Positions 12,861 to 26,374 of a stretch of 64,000 nt of DNA are shown piece after piece. A program made the position numbers and the translations under genes. The first letter of the stretch is position 1. Each line of letters begins with the position of its first letter. Below the pieces are notes generated by a model. It was not told the origin of the DNA. It searched no databases and was given only the letters and a program-made list of their open reading frames with translations. Source of the stretch: the human T2T-CHM13v2.0 reference genome, Homo sapiens; NCBI RefSeq assembly GCF_009914755.1, contig NC_060936.1. One strand, 5' to 3'.

Positions 12861-15800
12861 ATCATGAGGTTATAGATGATACCCTGTGGTCCACCCTGCC
12901 AGGCCATGCAGGGATTTATTCTACAGAACCTTGGCTTGGGCCCCTCCACCTTCTGAAGGAAGCCATGGTTCATTTCTGGTTGTGACTGCTTCCTTGATAG
13001 TAAGGGTGAATTGCAGAAGAGAACCTTGTACCTTGGCTTTCCCTCAGATGACATGAAAGGAGACTATATATTCCTGAGCTTCTCTAGGTGCTTCTAAGGC
13101 AGCAGAGGAAGAAGATACACTTTCTTCTTGCACTGACAAAGGCCTATTCCATTCCCTAGAATCTGAATTTTCCTAATATTTCAGAAGGGTTAAAAAGTTG
13201 AAGTCAGGAGCTACCAATGGGTATTAGCTCATGTGGTCACCTGTTATTAATGGAAAATATTAGGGTCTCTCTCCAGCTTATCAATCCTCAGGGAATCTGA
13301 AGAAATAGAGAGGGGCAAGTGCAAGCTGCCCTCCTGGGGCCTGAGATCACCATCATGTCCCAAGGTTGGCATCTACTTGAAATCAGTCACTAGGTCAATG
13401 ATTCCACAGTTAGTTTTAAAAAATAAAAGTTACAGGGAAGCATTAGGAAGAAAGTAACAGTTGCTGTTGGAGGCTGTACGTGCTGCTGTAAGCACCTGGG
13501 TAAGCTTCCTGGGTAGGTGTGAGAAAGAGGAGGCCAAGGGGCGGCCTCACGGGTGACCAGAGTCAGAGTCAGGGTACAGCAGGCTCTGACTGGGAAGTGG
13601 CCTGGATTCCCTGGCAGGCTTCTCCACAGAGGATAGTTTGGAGGCTCTTTAAAAATTCGTAGGTTATTAAAGTAATTCTTTCCCCTCAAATTTCTGTCCT
13701 CTGCCTAATTGGGTTTGAGAAAACCAAGTGGGACTAATGTTCCCAGGACAGGTTCATGCCTCCCAATGGCTTCCCCCCAGCTCTCACTTGGGCCTGGCCC
13801 TCCATGAAACAGAGCCCCCTCGATCTTCCTTCACCTGGGTGGGCATCTGTCTCTTGGCTTTTCCGCCATTGCCCCTTGGCTCTCCAGATAGGAAGGAGAC
13901 TGGACACTGTGCCTAACTGATTGTGTTCAAAAAAGCCCCATGGACTTGGCTAATTTTTTTTAGTCCTTTTATTGTCATCATAGGATGTACAACCTAGAAG
14001 AAGCCCTTGAAGCTGTTATGTCCTGTCTCTTGGCACTGGAGAGGATGGAATTTGAACCAGTTTCCTCAGATAGCCATCGTCTCAATTTTTTAAGAAAAAA
14101 AAATACTCCCCTAAAGAAGCGGCTACTGTAGCATCTCTTGGGAAGGCTTTCCTGCATTTCTTGCTGTGGACCAAGAAGGGTTAAGTCACTCTTCTGCAGA
14201 CCCACTATGACTTATGGAAAGGGCCAGCCTGAGAATTTTCCCCACCCCATAAAGAGCACTCAATGCCCTTGGCCTTATGCCATCTTTGCCTAGGAATAAG
14301 AAGGCCTCTTGGTTCTTGAACCTGCTGTAGAGAGTTTTTATTTGTTACATGTTAGTGTCAGTTTCTACTCTCAGATTTTTTTTTTCATGCATCAGGCACT
14401 ATATACCCACTTAAAACCAGCTGAGCAGAATGAGAGGAAACTATGGTAGAGGTAGAAAAGGTTAAAACGTGTGAGGGGGAGGATGGGAGAGGGACAGGCT
14501 GTTGTTCAGGGTCGCCTGGCAAAATGATACCCAGAAGTAGCAGTCCACAGATGCATTTCATCAGCAAGCCTCTTCCATGGACATGGATAATGGACAAACC
14601 CTGATGGGCATATTTCTTTAAAATTTCTATTTAGAAAGACCTTCTCTGCAAGTCTGGCTTGAATGCCATATTTTAAAACAGATGATTTCTGCCCAAAGAC
14701 CATGAGCATTTGAGCTCTTCATGGGGAAAAGGCGGTATTTAAATTAAAGCTTAAAAAATGTTTTTTTAAAGAAAAACAACCTGGAAGGTAGGTAGGGTTG
14801 GTTATTCTTGAGGCCCAAGTGCCTGAGCCCCAGAGCACAGGCTTTCCCAGTACTTCTTCCTTCTTCCCCCTTGCTTGTTCCAAGAACTGGGGACAGTATC
14901 TGTACTCTGAATGCCAGTCACAGGGTTCACAATCTTAGAATGGAAGAGTTGAAAGTGACAAATTCAACTTGTCCAAACTTCTCACATTATAGAGGAAGAA
15001 ATGAAAACCAGGAATACGAGGGACTTTAAGGGCAGAAGCATACCTTAACCACTCCCCACCCCCATTTCTCAGGGGTCTTTTTCTTGACACCCACCTTCCC
15101 TGAGGTCTCCAGTAACTTGTGGCAGAGCTGGGACTAGAATTTGATTCTCCTGACTTTAGTTCAGTGCTTCCTCCCCCCACCGCTTTCTTATAGCTTCATG
15201 CTTTCTCTGATGCCTATAGTCCACGGCATAACTTACTGGCAGGCAGAATTAAATACCAGTGTAACATGATTTTAAAGAGTGCAGGGTGAACTTCCACCCC
15301 CAAAATCATGCTCACACCAGCCTGTAACTGGTGCTTGACCTCCCACCATTAGAGATTCTTTCTCTTGTAACTTGAGCTTAGGAGGCTTTCTTCCAGAATC
15401 TCCTTTTGAAACAGAAGTCCCTCTGGGAAAGCTAAGTGTTGATAGCTAATAAACAGGAAAGGCTGTTCCTCTGAGAGCTGATATCCACAAGAGGTGGTGG
15501 CGGTCTAGAGGAGGGGCCAGGACAGGGAGTTCACATGGGAGGATGCATGTGAGACTGATTTGAAGGTGGGTCCACTCTTTTGTGGATATTTGATAAACGC
15601 TACTATCTGCCTGACCAAATGCAGAAGACAGACCATGGCCCAGGCACACTGCTGGGAAATCCCCTTCCCAGGGAAACCCAGAGGGAGAGGCAGGGCTGCC
15701 CACCCCACATACTATCTGAGAGCAGCCAGCCCAGTGCTTTCTCTGTAACAGGTGCCCTCTCTCCTCCCCCAAGGCTTCCCTTGCATGGATTGACCTTTAT

Positions 15801-18800
15801 GGGCACTTTTGTCTATGGCTCAAGAGAGGACAAGTCTGTCTTATTATCCTGTGAGTGGAAGATGGGGCAAAAGACCTAGACAACAGAGGGGAAGGGGTGT
15901 CATCTGCACTCCACCCTGACACTGGCTTTTGTGCCCTTACAGAGGAATGGAAGAGTTAGGGCCAGAAACTGAAAGGGCGCTTCTCCAGGAGCCTTGGAAC
16001 TCTGAACACAGGGAGTGGGGTTAGGGCTCATCTAATTCTGCACAACATCCAGCTCTGAGAGTACTGGGATGCAGCAGCCCTGGCATAGCCCTCGACCACC
16101 TCATGAGGGACACTGTTAATGTGAGCAACAGCAGGGCTTCTGAAAGCAACCTCGAGGTTATGGAGTATTGACTGAGGGCAGCCAGAGGTGAAGAAGACGT
16201 GAACCTATGATGTGGTCCTGCAGGGTCTCCTGGAAGTCCTTGGTGGCGGGGAGCTTTGTCTCAAGAGGGGCCCAGAAGAGGAACTTTGGACAATTGTTAC
16301 ATGGTGTGACACTAGCTGTCATGGCCTGGTGATACTTGAGCTCCTCTTAGATCCTTAGAAGCTCTCCTGAGATGCTGATGGACCAAAGTGGCCCAGAAGC
16401 TCACAGGCCCAAGCTCTTCCCTTCGAATGCAACCAAATTTAGGCTATGATTCTACATGACTAGAAAGTCTGTGCCAAAGTCTGTCTGCAAAAGGATAGTG
16501 ATGAGAATGGCTTCAGGGACTCTGTTATCCAATCGGGGAAAGGAAGGGAGAGGCCCAATCTTTGTCTCAGCTAACTTGAGATAAAATGAGGCTGAAGGAA
16601 AAGGGCAAGATTTGCTCAGAGCCCTCCAGTCACAAACTCTGACTTGAATCTTCCAGGACTTGTTTTATGGGCCAGGAGGAAAAGGTACAGATGTTCAGTT
16701 TAAATTAATCCCAGTGTAGCATGGACTATCCTGCCCGAGATGACAATAGATTGGTTTTAAAAAAGAAGGCGAAAGGAAGAAAAGAAAAGACCATCTTTGT
16801 AGGTTGGAAAAGAGTTGGGGCATATATGCAAAGTTGTTCTGATACTATTCTCCTCCTCCTTCCTCCACCAGCCACTTGCCAAGGTGCTAGATCTTTCCTT
16901 CCTTCCTGTGATGAAGCCCACATTTGCTCAGGATGCACTAACTAAGTCCTGATGTCGTTGCATAGCAGATCTGGGCAGTATGTAAGCCCAGTTTTCTAGA
17001 AGTTAAAAAATAAAAAGCTATGTCTTCAACACCTGCAAATATGGTGTGCAAGCTGGAGTGACAGCACTTGGAGAAGTTACTAAGTGGATGTGAAAGAAAG
17101 AGCTGCAGCAAGAACACAGGTTGACAGGTGTCACTTAAGTGGAGTTGCCCTGTCAAGAGCCATTGTCAGGCTGACAGATACTCTGGCCTCTGGGGCTGGG
17201 GTGTCCTTTTTACACTTGTATGTGTGCCTGAGAGTTGAACAACAGATGCAGTTTTGCTGGGTTGAGCCTGTCACCTTCAGCCATACGCCACATGTCATCA
17301 CTCCCATTTACTGAGGTCCACAATGAGCCTGGTTTTGGGTGAGGCAATTTACAGCAGCCCATAATAGTAGGTTTTACCAGGCCCATCTCTCTCGGCAAAT
17401 GGGAATTTTGGGGGCTCAGAGTGGTTGAGCAACGTGTCCAAGATCATAGAGTCAGTTAACTGTCAGAGCCTGGATTTAAGGCCAGGTCTGTGTGGCTCTG
17501 AGGTCTGTGCCATCGCTGGTGTCAAGGAGACAAGGTTTTTAGGCAGGGTTCAGACCCACACCTTGCTGTGTGACCTGGACAAGTTCAGCAACCTTTCTGA
17601 GCCATCCTTCCGTGATCTGTAAAATGGGGGTAACCATGTAACTAATGCCTGGGGCTGCTGTGGGGATTGGTGGGTGTGCTCCACGGGAAGCACACAGCAC
17701 AGCACCCGGTCCGCAGTGGGTACTTGGCCTGTGGTCACTCTCCTGATGATACCAGGCTCCCTCTCCCGTCTGCGAGGCCCTAGGCAGAAAGAAGCACAGC
17801 ACAGGAGACAGTTCTCATACTTGCCTGCAGGGTTTCCATCCCTGGAGACGAAAGCCCTTCCCTCTGTAAATGACAGCTGTGTTGGAAATAAATGGATACC
17901 TGGAAGATCCAAGAAATGGAAACCACTCTTCTCTTGCTGTGTGATTTTAAAATGTCACTTAACCATGATAGTTTTTTTTTTCCTGTGGAATAACTTGAGT
18001 GGTCCTTAACCCCACTTTATTGAGACTTGAGGTTGAGAGGTACGCTGGGATAAACATGGGTTTTTGTTTCTCCATAGGTGAATAAGCCACAGAGTAGATT
18101 GTGTCTGGTAAGATGAGGACTCTGGCTGGCTTCTCCAGCAACCTGGCCCCCTGCTTTAAGGACTATGGTCTGTCGCCATCACTGCGTATGTCTGAGCAGC
18201 CCGTTAATTTGAATATATTTTGTAGTCAAGAATTGATAGACAGGTAGAAATTTTATTTGCATGTAAAAATACATAATACATACAATGAGTCAAAGAACAA
18301 TTTTTTTTCAATAATCTGCGATTTGTGTCATTCATGTATTGACATGGATCATTGAGAGCTATGGGGTTATGCTGACTTACAGCCCAGTAGCCTGTATTGC
18401 TGAGAAATTCATTGACTTCCCCATCAAGCTCTGCCTCCTGACAAGTGATGAGGAAATCGAGTGATGACTACTTATAATGGCTGCTTGGCTACTACTATTG
18501 AGGCTGCTGGAGCCAAATGGGGCTCTTAAAAAATGGCACCTCTTTCGACCTCTGGAAAAGCTAAACTAGAGCCCAGTGCTGGAATGAACACAGTAATTAA
18601 CATTACTTACAGGCCTCCTTTGTAAACCCCTGAACTGATGGCAGGCTGACTTCCCTTCCCATCAGTTTTACAGTGGGAAGGAGGGGGCGTTCTGCTCTTC
18701 AGCCTTTATTTTGGCCATCAGAGTTGAATTTTGATTTGAGATGCCTCTGACCAGTCTTTGCTGTCATTTGGAGGTGGTTAGCATCATAATCCACATCATG

Positions 18801-19999
18801 AATGAAATGGCAAACAGAAGGAGGATGCGGGGTTTGTCTCAGGCAAATCTCTTAAAGAGGAGGAAACAGGCCCAGAAAAGTTAAATGACTTTCCTAAGGC
18901 CACCTGGCTGCTAAATGACAGAGCTGGGACTAGTAGTGCACAGGCACGCTGACCCCTGCTGTCATGCTCTTTCTCCTTCTTACTCTGTGTCTCTGTCTGC
19001 TATGGTTAAATACGGTCTTTTAGGACGAGCTGAAGAAAAGGAAACTCACCTGTGTTAACAATACTATGTCCCAGGAACTGTGCCAGATGCTTCATCTGCA
19101 TTGGCTCATTTTGTCCTCACAACCCCTTAGCCAGGCAGTGATCACCATTAAGCTGTTTGTACACAGATGGAGAGGTTAACTTACTGTTCTGTAAGACCAC
19201 AAAGCTCTTTCTCCTAGGCTCTGTTAAACGCCTCCTTCATCTCACTTACTTCCTCTCTCAGCCTCCCTCACACTTTGAAGCACGCTTTGATAGGCTCCAT
19301 TGGGAGGTTTTAAATGGCAAGGCTTCCTTAGGTTGAGGGCAATGGGTAAGTCACTTATTACAGGCAAGTCTGAATACAGAAAATGTTGGTTTAAAAGGGA
19401 GTCAAACAAGACCTTCTGGGGAGTGGGGAGTGTGGTTTCTGAGGGAGTGGGCTTCTACTAGGCACTGGTATGGGCAGGGGTGGCAGGCTGCTATCAATCC
19501 AGGCTCTCCTGCAGGCACAACCTCTGGAAGGAAAGGAAAGAGAGGGTGCACCTCAGGCCTGAGTGTCCTTTGTGGTAGTTCTACCTAAGAGACAGGTAAC
19601 TGATGCCAATTAAGAAAATCTTAAGTTTTTCGGATCACAGTACTTCTTGGTAACATGAAATCCATGCTCTGTTGCCCAGCAATTGGAAGTGATCTGTTCT
19701 CTGTAAAGACCTCTCGGAAAGAATGCCCCAGGTCTCAGCATCTCTCATGAGCCTTTCCCCAGGCATTGGAAGACTCTTGCTATAGAAACACATTTAAAAC
19801 AGGATTACGTCTTTTATTTCATGGATCTTCCTCCTCAAGTGCGTGATCCAGGGCGATGTTGGGTAGGAAAGGGAAAGATAATTAGATTTGCACCTTCTGA
19901 TTGTTCCAGCTACAGTCTTAGAAATTACAATTTCATGAGGAACTGGCAATGGATATTAAGGTAATATCACTTTGGGGGAAACTATCATATGAAAATAAA

Positions 20000-20350
20000 A
20001 GCTTCTGTTCATAAGGGTATATTTAAAACTCATTTATTAAAATATTGCTTAGAACTTGAAAATTCATCAGTAGGTGAATTGTTTGGAAAGTATGGTTTAT
20101 CCATACAGTGAGATGTTATACACTTTTAAAAATAACTTGGATCTACATGTAGTAACCTGGAAAGAGGCCCATTATACACTGTTTAATGAAGAAAGCAAGT
20201 TTCTGAGTAATGTATATAACATGATTCCATTTATATACAGCATACACCAACAGCACACACTTTTATATATATAACTTAGGTCTTATATATATTTGCATGA
20301 GCAAAAAATAGAGAAGAGTACACAGTAAAATGTTAATATTACCTTAAGGG
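20000..20350 (+). mobile_element. L1ME-like fragment
   Basis: tatccatacagtgagatgttat...gaagaaagcaagt...atgattccattta. Confidence 0.55.
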
Positions 20351-22399
20351 GGTGAAGTTTTAAATGAAAGAAAAATCTAGCAAAGTTTAAATTAAAATAA
20401 AATCCCCTGAGAAGAAAGGGATCAGAATGGTTACATGGTCCAGAAAGGAAAAGGTGGACTCAATCACAGCTTTGTTTTACCACCTCCACTCATTATGCGT
20501 TTTCAGGTCGGGTTGCCCTGACGCACCAGAGGTCAGCCCTATGCTAAGGCAGATGACAATGTGTTATGCCACAAGTGACATTGGTAAATAGTGCATTTGG
20601 AGAGAAAAGGCTATAAAACTTCTCATCTGTAAAAGTTTCCAAGGCATACAAGAACTTTGGTATCTTGGTAAAAAGAATGTGTCTCCAGGCACACTTGGAA
20701 TCTACCATGCTTCTGGTTGAGGCCCTACAGCCTCCAGGGTCTCCCGGTCCATATCAGTAGATACTTCTTGCAGGGCCTACCTGACTGTAAGCCATTGATT
20801 ATATTATATATATATATTTAACCTATGAGAACCAATGCATAAGACCCCCGATGGTACCTAAATCTATTATAACAGTTAGTATATTAGAGTTAGTCATTTA
20901 ACCAACTCTTCCTGGAAGATAAGGGTCACCAGTGCAGAGATAAGTCTCTTCACCTTTTAGTCCAGAATACTTAGCACTTGCTTGGCCCATAGTCATATAA
21001 AGTTAACAGAAAAAAATATGTATTAAGTTATTGCACTGGAAAGACTGAATGGCTTCCAGTTGGCTTTCAGGGATTCCAGAGAGATTTCCCATAAAAAGGT
21101 GAGCCTTAATGAAAGATTTAAAAAGGAGGAAAGGAGTAGAGTATACAACGTCCACCCAGTAGAAAAAGCTAATTCTGTTGTGGCAGCACAACAGAATCTT
21201 TTGGGTCTTTCTCATCCTTAGAGAAAGGTAGGTAACAAGAGTATTCAACTTTTTAGAATAAAACAGCAGGATTAAGCTATAAATGCAGAAGTATTATACT
21301 AAGAAAATGCCTCCCAGATATTGTTAAAGCAAATAGTATCATATCCAGCACAAAACCGCAGTGAATTGATTTAATCAGACATTATCAGAGCAAGGAAGAA
21401 ATAACATTCTGGTTTTAATGGCAAAAGAAAAATCCCACCTCATATTGCTTTGCAGGTATTGGTGGCACTCAGCGAGTTGTTCTTTGGAATGCAGTTTAAA
21501 AATATTGGGCCTTGGGTTAGGGAGGAATAGGACCACAGAGGCTTTTGTGTAGGAGAACGGCCCAGGTGTGGGGCTGCCTGGAGGCTCAGCCAGGTAGCTG
21601 GCTGCTGCAGCCTTGGCTTGGCTCCCATCTGGCCCAGAAGACACTAAGAACACTGCTGGGGTAGCTGCCATGAGGTGGTGATGGATCATGGCTCTGGCCT
21701 GATTCTCGAGGAGTCGTGGATTCACTGCAGTGTGCTGTGGCCATATGTGAACCCTGGCCATGTGTGAGGTCCCCTGGGAGGAGGAGGAGAAAACCACATA
21801 ATATGTCGCCCCTTTCAGCAGCAACGACCATTGGAACAAGCTAGAGCCTGAGATTTCCCAGGCAGCATGGTCCGCAGGTTAAAATGCTGCTTCCTGATTC
21901 TAGGGGCCTGGGATTTTGGGCAGCAGCAAAAGGAAGTGTTGGTTGGCCCCTGGAGATGAAGTATGGTACAGTCTTCACCTTCTGGGGTTCCAGCATGGGC
22001 TCAGAGTTGACAGGAGACAGAATTACAGAGTCCCAGCACAAGGCAGGTGGAACCTCAGAGGGCTTGCTCAACCTTCTGGCGTTTGTGGGGCCTCTACATC
22101 ATTTACGCCAACAATTAATCTAACTGAGCCTTTCCAGTAATAGGAAACTCACTTCTTCTGCAGCATCTCACAAAGCTGGATAACCTTTGTAATTGTAACC
22201 CTCCCCAAGGGTCTCATCCCAACCATCAACACAGCTTTCCTCCAGTCCAGGCCTCTCAAGAACCTGTGAGTTAGAGATAGACCTCCTTACAGTGTGGGGT
22301 TCTTGTTTTGGATCTTCTGTAACTTAGGGATCTTCTTCCTCTGCAGGTGTTTTTGTCTCCAGATATTCTTGTCCAGTTGTCCTCCAATCATCACTGTCC

Positions 22400-22534
22400 C
22401 TTAGAATTAGAGGCTTAAAGAATCCTGATGCCCAAACCTCACTAAATCATACTCTCTGGGGGTAGAACTAAAGCACTGGTATTTTTAAAGCTCTCCAGAT
22501 GATTCCACTGTATAGCCAAGGTTGAGAACCACTG
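22400..22534. mobile_element. MER5-family hAT fragment
   Basis: ggtatttttaaagctctccagatgattcc...ccaaggttgagaaccactg terminus. Confidence 0.7.
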
Positions 22535-23364
22535 TCTTGCTCCCTGAACCTGGTCAACTTCTTGAGGTTTATGCTATGGAATCAGGTATCTTAGATTTGA
22601 ATCTTGCCTCTACCACTTGGGCAATTCCTTGTGTTTTTGTTTTCTCATCTGTTATATGGGGATAATTGTATCTACCTCAAAAAGCTGTTGAACGGGCTAC
22701 ATGAGAACACAGGTAGGTCAAGAATAATCTCTGGCATATAGTAAGTGTTCTATAAGACTTAGCAAGTGTTCTATAAAATTTAACTCATGTGCCTAGGACA
22801 GGGCCTAGCGAATGTTGACATAATATTTGTGCACTTGCCATGAGATAGGCATTGTTCTAAGCACTCTACTTTTGTTGTGTTGAAGATCTAGTATAAGAAA
22901 AATTACATAAATAAAATGCGTCTTCAGAACCTCTTTACCTGGTAGGGTCTATTGTTTCAAACTACCCATTTGACTCACACACTAGTGAACTCTCTGAACC
23001 CCTTATCATCCCACATGTTTTCTTGCCTCCCATGAAAATCTCCTTAAGAGTTCTACAGAAGATCTGTACCTGTAAAAGCATCCAACATGACTACATTAAG
23101 AGCTCATCAATGGTCAATTCAATATGTTTTGTTGCCTCTTGTTAAGGCTAGTGCCTATTAATGAGCTGGGCATTTAAGAGATGCCTAGTAAATTATTTGT
23201 GGGATGACTAAACTAATTAACCTGGTGAAAGACTATGCTAATATATTTTTGCAAAAGAGATAGAGAAAGACTGAATTCACAGGAATGGTAGGGATGCTGA
23301 GAAAATAGTTCTACAAAGTACCTACTATGTGCTAGGCACTTTTCACAATCATAAGATGTGAATG

Positions 23365-23545
23365 TTCAGGTCATCTCTTGGTGTATAACAAATCACCCCA
23401 AACTTCGTCTCTTAAAGTAATAATTAGCTTGCTTGTGAATTTGTTCTTAGGTGGTTACATAGCAGGAACAGCACCTCTTTGTTCTAAGACAGCTCAACAG
23501 GGGGCTAGAGTATCCACTTTCAAAACAGTTCACTCCTGTACTCCA
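23365..23545 (-). mobile_element. MaLR (MLT1-family) LTR fragment
   Basis: gtgtataacaaatcaccccaaact...ttaaa pattern. Confidence 0.5.
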
Positions 23546-24290
23546 GCCTTTATGGAACCACCCTAGTGGCATAGGCTCCTCACTCACAGCCCCAGGCTGG
23601 CTCTGGGTTGGATGGGTTGGGACAGAAAACTCTTGCCATGAAAATATAGCTCTCCATCTCAGCCTCTCCACTCCCCATTCCAAAGGGAGACGTGTCTGTG
23701 CTTGGGGAGAAGCCAAGCAAAGCAAAAGATTTCAACAGCGAAAGGAGGAAACACACCCACTGAGGTTCTCATAGCAACATAATCACGCACAGGCAGCAGC
23801 CTATTTCGGTGGGAGCTTGTTTCAGCTCCCCTCCTCCCTGGTTAGTCACAGAAGGCATGCACAAGCAGAAGCAGTGTTGGGTGGGGGCAGAGTGTCGGAC
23901 TGAAAGTCAGGAGGCTGGGGAGCTGGGTCCTCTGCTTGCTGATGGACCATGGGCAAATGTCCTCCTCTCTCCAATCTTGGGGTCCTTATTTGTAAAATGA
24001 GAGGATTGGACCACAGAGCGGTGAGGATCATTTCTTTTCTGATTTCCTTTGATTGCACAAACACTGAGACACTTTTGGTAGGGAATTAGATGTCTCTCAG
24101 AATCTTTTGTCTCTGAGAAGATGCCTAGAGAAAAGGGAATTCAATAGGATAAAAGTCATTCTCCAGATTCACATTTATTTTCCTACCACTTTCTGCATGT
24201 TGACAGAACGGGAGGAACGACTGGGTGTTGTCAAGGATTCTGCTCACTCACCCCCAACTCTAACCCAGGTCTGTGTTCTGAGAAGGGAAA

Positions 24291-24311
24291 AGGTTAAGGA
24301 GGTTAAGGTCA
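24291..24311 (+). promoter_or_regulatory. Candidate nuclear-receptor element (AGGTTA-agg-AGGTTA-AGGTCA; DR0 at 24300-24311)
   Basis: Three RGKTNA-type half sites in 21 bp, about 1.9 kb upstream of the ATG. Confidence 0.5.
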
Positions 24312-24329
24312 TCTTTTTATTCAAGTTTT

Positions 24330-24345
24330 CACACACACACACACA

Positions 24346-24380
<35 letters not shown>
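24330..24380. repeat. (CA)n(CG)n(CA)n microsatellite
   Basis: 51 nt of uninterrupted purine-pyrimidine alternation. Confidence 0.95.
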
Positions 24381-25194
24381 TCAAGCCTCTTGCTACATTT
24401 TCATCCTTCTCATTCTTCATCCTCTCCTGTCTCTATCCCTCACTTCTCACCTCTACTTAGTGCAATGTATCCTCTCTTTGCCCGAGGACCAGATGATGGA
24501 GGCATGTTTCCTACTGAGAATGATTCTAGACCTTTTCTTCAATGGACTCTGGGGTTAGTTGAGGACAGTCAGGCTCACACTTCCCAGTTATCGAAGGTGA
24601 TGATAAAAAGCAAATAGGGCATTTGGGAGGGACCTCCCCAAACAAGTACAGAGATGAAGTGAAGACAGCCGGGTGCTCAGGGAGCATCTTATAGGTCTCA
24701 GTCCTTGACTCGTAGGTTGAAAGCTTAAAAGTACAGCTGTTTTAAGGAGTCAGCCTGAGTGTCCTGTTGCAAAGGGAGAGGCAGAATGGGGTCCCCCGCT
24801 TTTGTTCTATCTCCCACTGCCCGACAGATGGCCAGTAAAACAGAGAAAAAGAAGCTCTCAAAGTGAAGACAGGAATGCATTGTATAAAAATTCACACCCC
24901 CTGCTGCCGCCCAAACTCCCTTAAAAAAGGATCAAGAGAATCCTGACGGGTACGTGACATCCTCCCTCTCTCCCATAAAAGGGACTTCAAAATCTGGCGA
25001 TGGTGGGGGAAGGGTGAGGAGGGAGAAGAGAAATGCGTGGGCAGGGGGCTGCCAGGGAAGACTGGAGTGGGGGGGGGGGCACTGCAGTCTCGCATTTGAC
25101 TTTCTCCCACCCTCTTTCCCAAGCCACTCTGGCCGCCACCTTTGCCCCTCCCTCTCAGCCTGAAAGGGGCTTGGAGTCCCAAGGGCTTTGGGTA

Positions 25195-25198
<4 letters not shown>

Positions 25199-25262
<64 letters not shown>
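25199..25262. repeat. (GA)32 microsatellite
   Basis: Perfect GA dinucleotide run. Confidence 0.97.
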
Positions 25263-25268
<6 letters not shown>

Positions 25269-25968
25269 TAAAGAATGACACCACACTTACCCCTAGAGTT
25301 GAAGGAGTTAAGGACCCTCCCCCATCCAGACACCCACCCCTTCGTTCCCCAAATCGTAATTCGCCGAGGAAGGATCCAGGAACTGGCAGAGGAGCGGGAG
25401 AGCTGGGGTGGGCCGGGGTGGGGAGGGTGCGAGTTAACTGTGGCCCGGTCTCGCCCGGACCTCGCCCTAGGTGGGAGCACGCGCACCGGGTCTGAGAACC
25501 TGCAAGAGCCTCGCCCGGCGCCGGCTTTCTCTGGGCCCCCCGCGCGGGCCTGGCCTCCACGTAAGTTGTGTGCAGCGCCAGGGAGTGGAGGCGGCCGAGA
25601 CCCTCGGAGACTAGGGGAGGGGGCGGGCCCGGGGGCGCTGGGGGCCCTCGGTCTGCGCCCAGCCGCCGCCGGCTCCAGCGAACCTCCTACCCCGCCCCCA
25701 CTCACCCGGCTCAGCCCCTAGGAGAGACGCGCAGGAAGCGTGTTGCTTCGCCCAGCGGATCGGCAGAAGTTGAGAGGAGTTGGCGGCTGCCTCCGGCCGG
25801 CCGGACTTTGCGAGCAGCCTGGAGAGGATCCGCGACCGCCGCCGCCGCCGCCGCGGAGGCTTCGGGGCTGCTTCCCTCGAGCTTAGCCCGCAGCGCGGGT
25901 GGAGAGGGGCGGGGAGGGGGTCGGGGGCACGAGAAGAACTTGAAACCGTGTGAAGGAATCCGGAGCAG

Positions 25969-26028
25969 ATGAGAAGGGAGGAAAATAAAAGAAAGTGGAG
26001 ACTGCAGAACAGACTCCGCTGTGGCTGA
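25969..26028 (+). other. Upstream ORF (19 aa, MRREENKRKWRLQNRLRCG*) in the presumed PRMT8 5' UTR
   Basis: ATG 25969 to TGA 26026-26028, ending 139 nt before the main ATG. Only relevant if the TSS is upstream of 25969. Confidence 0.5.
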
Positions 26029-26167
26029 CTGTGCCGGCCGACGCTCCAGCTGAGGGGCTGGGTTGGATTTTTTTTTTTCTCCCATCCTCTCGCTCTCTCT
26101 TTTAAAGCGACACCAGCTCTCTCTCCTCCTCTACTATCTCGGTATCACCAAACCCTTGCCGGCTCTT

Positions 26168-26242
26168 ATGGGCATGAAACACTCCTCCCGCTGCCTGCTC
26201 CTGAGGAGGAAAATGGCGGAGAACGCGGCCGAGAGCACCGAG
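26168..26242 (+). CDS. PRMT8: PRMT8 coding exon 1 (aa 1-25; N-myristoylation Gly2), protein arginine N-methyltransferase 8
   Basis: Translates MGMKHSSRCLLLRRKMAENAAESTE, recognised as the human PRMT8 N-terminus. 75 nt followed by donor GAG|GTAAGG at 26243; lies in a CpG island. Downstream exons are outside the window. Confidence 0.95.
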
Positions 26243-26372
26243 GTAAGGAGGCGAGCGAGCAGGGGCTCTCGGAGACCCCGCCGCCCACCCGGACCACCGC
26301 GCCGCCGCCGCCGCTCAGCGCCGAGTGCCAAACTTTCCCCAGCTTCATCCCGCTCGCTTCTGCCGGCCTCCT

Positions 26373-26374
<2 letters not shown>

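Noticed and set aside
16040-16525. Coding-looking stretch suspected to be a processed pseudogene
   Set aside because: No sustained frame, recognisable protein, poly(A) or TSD.
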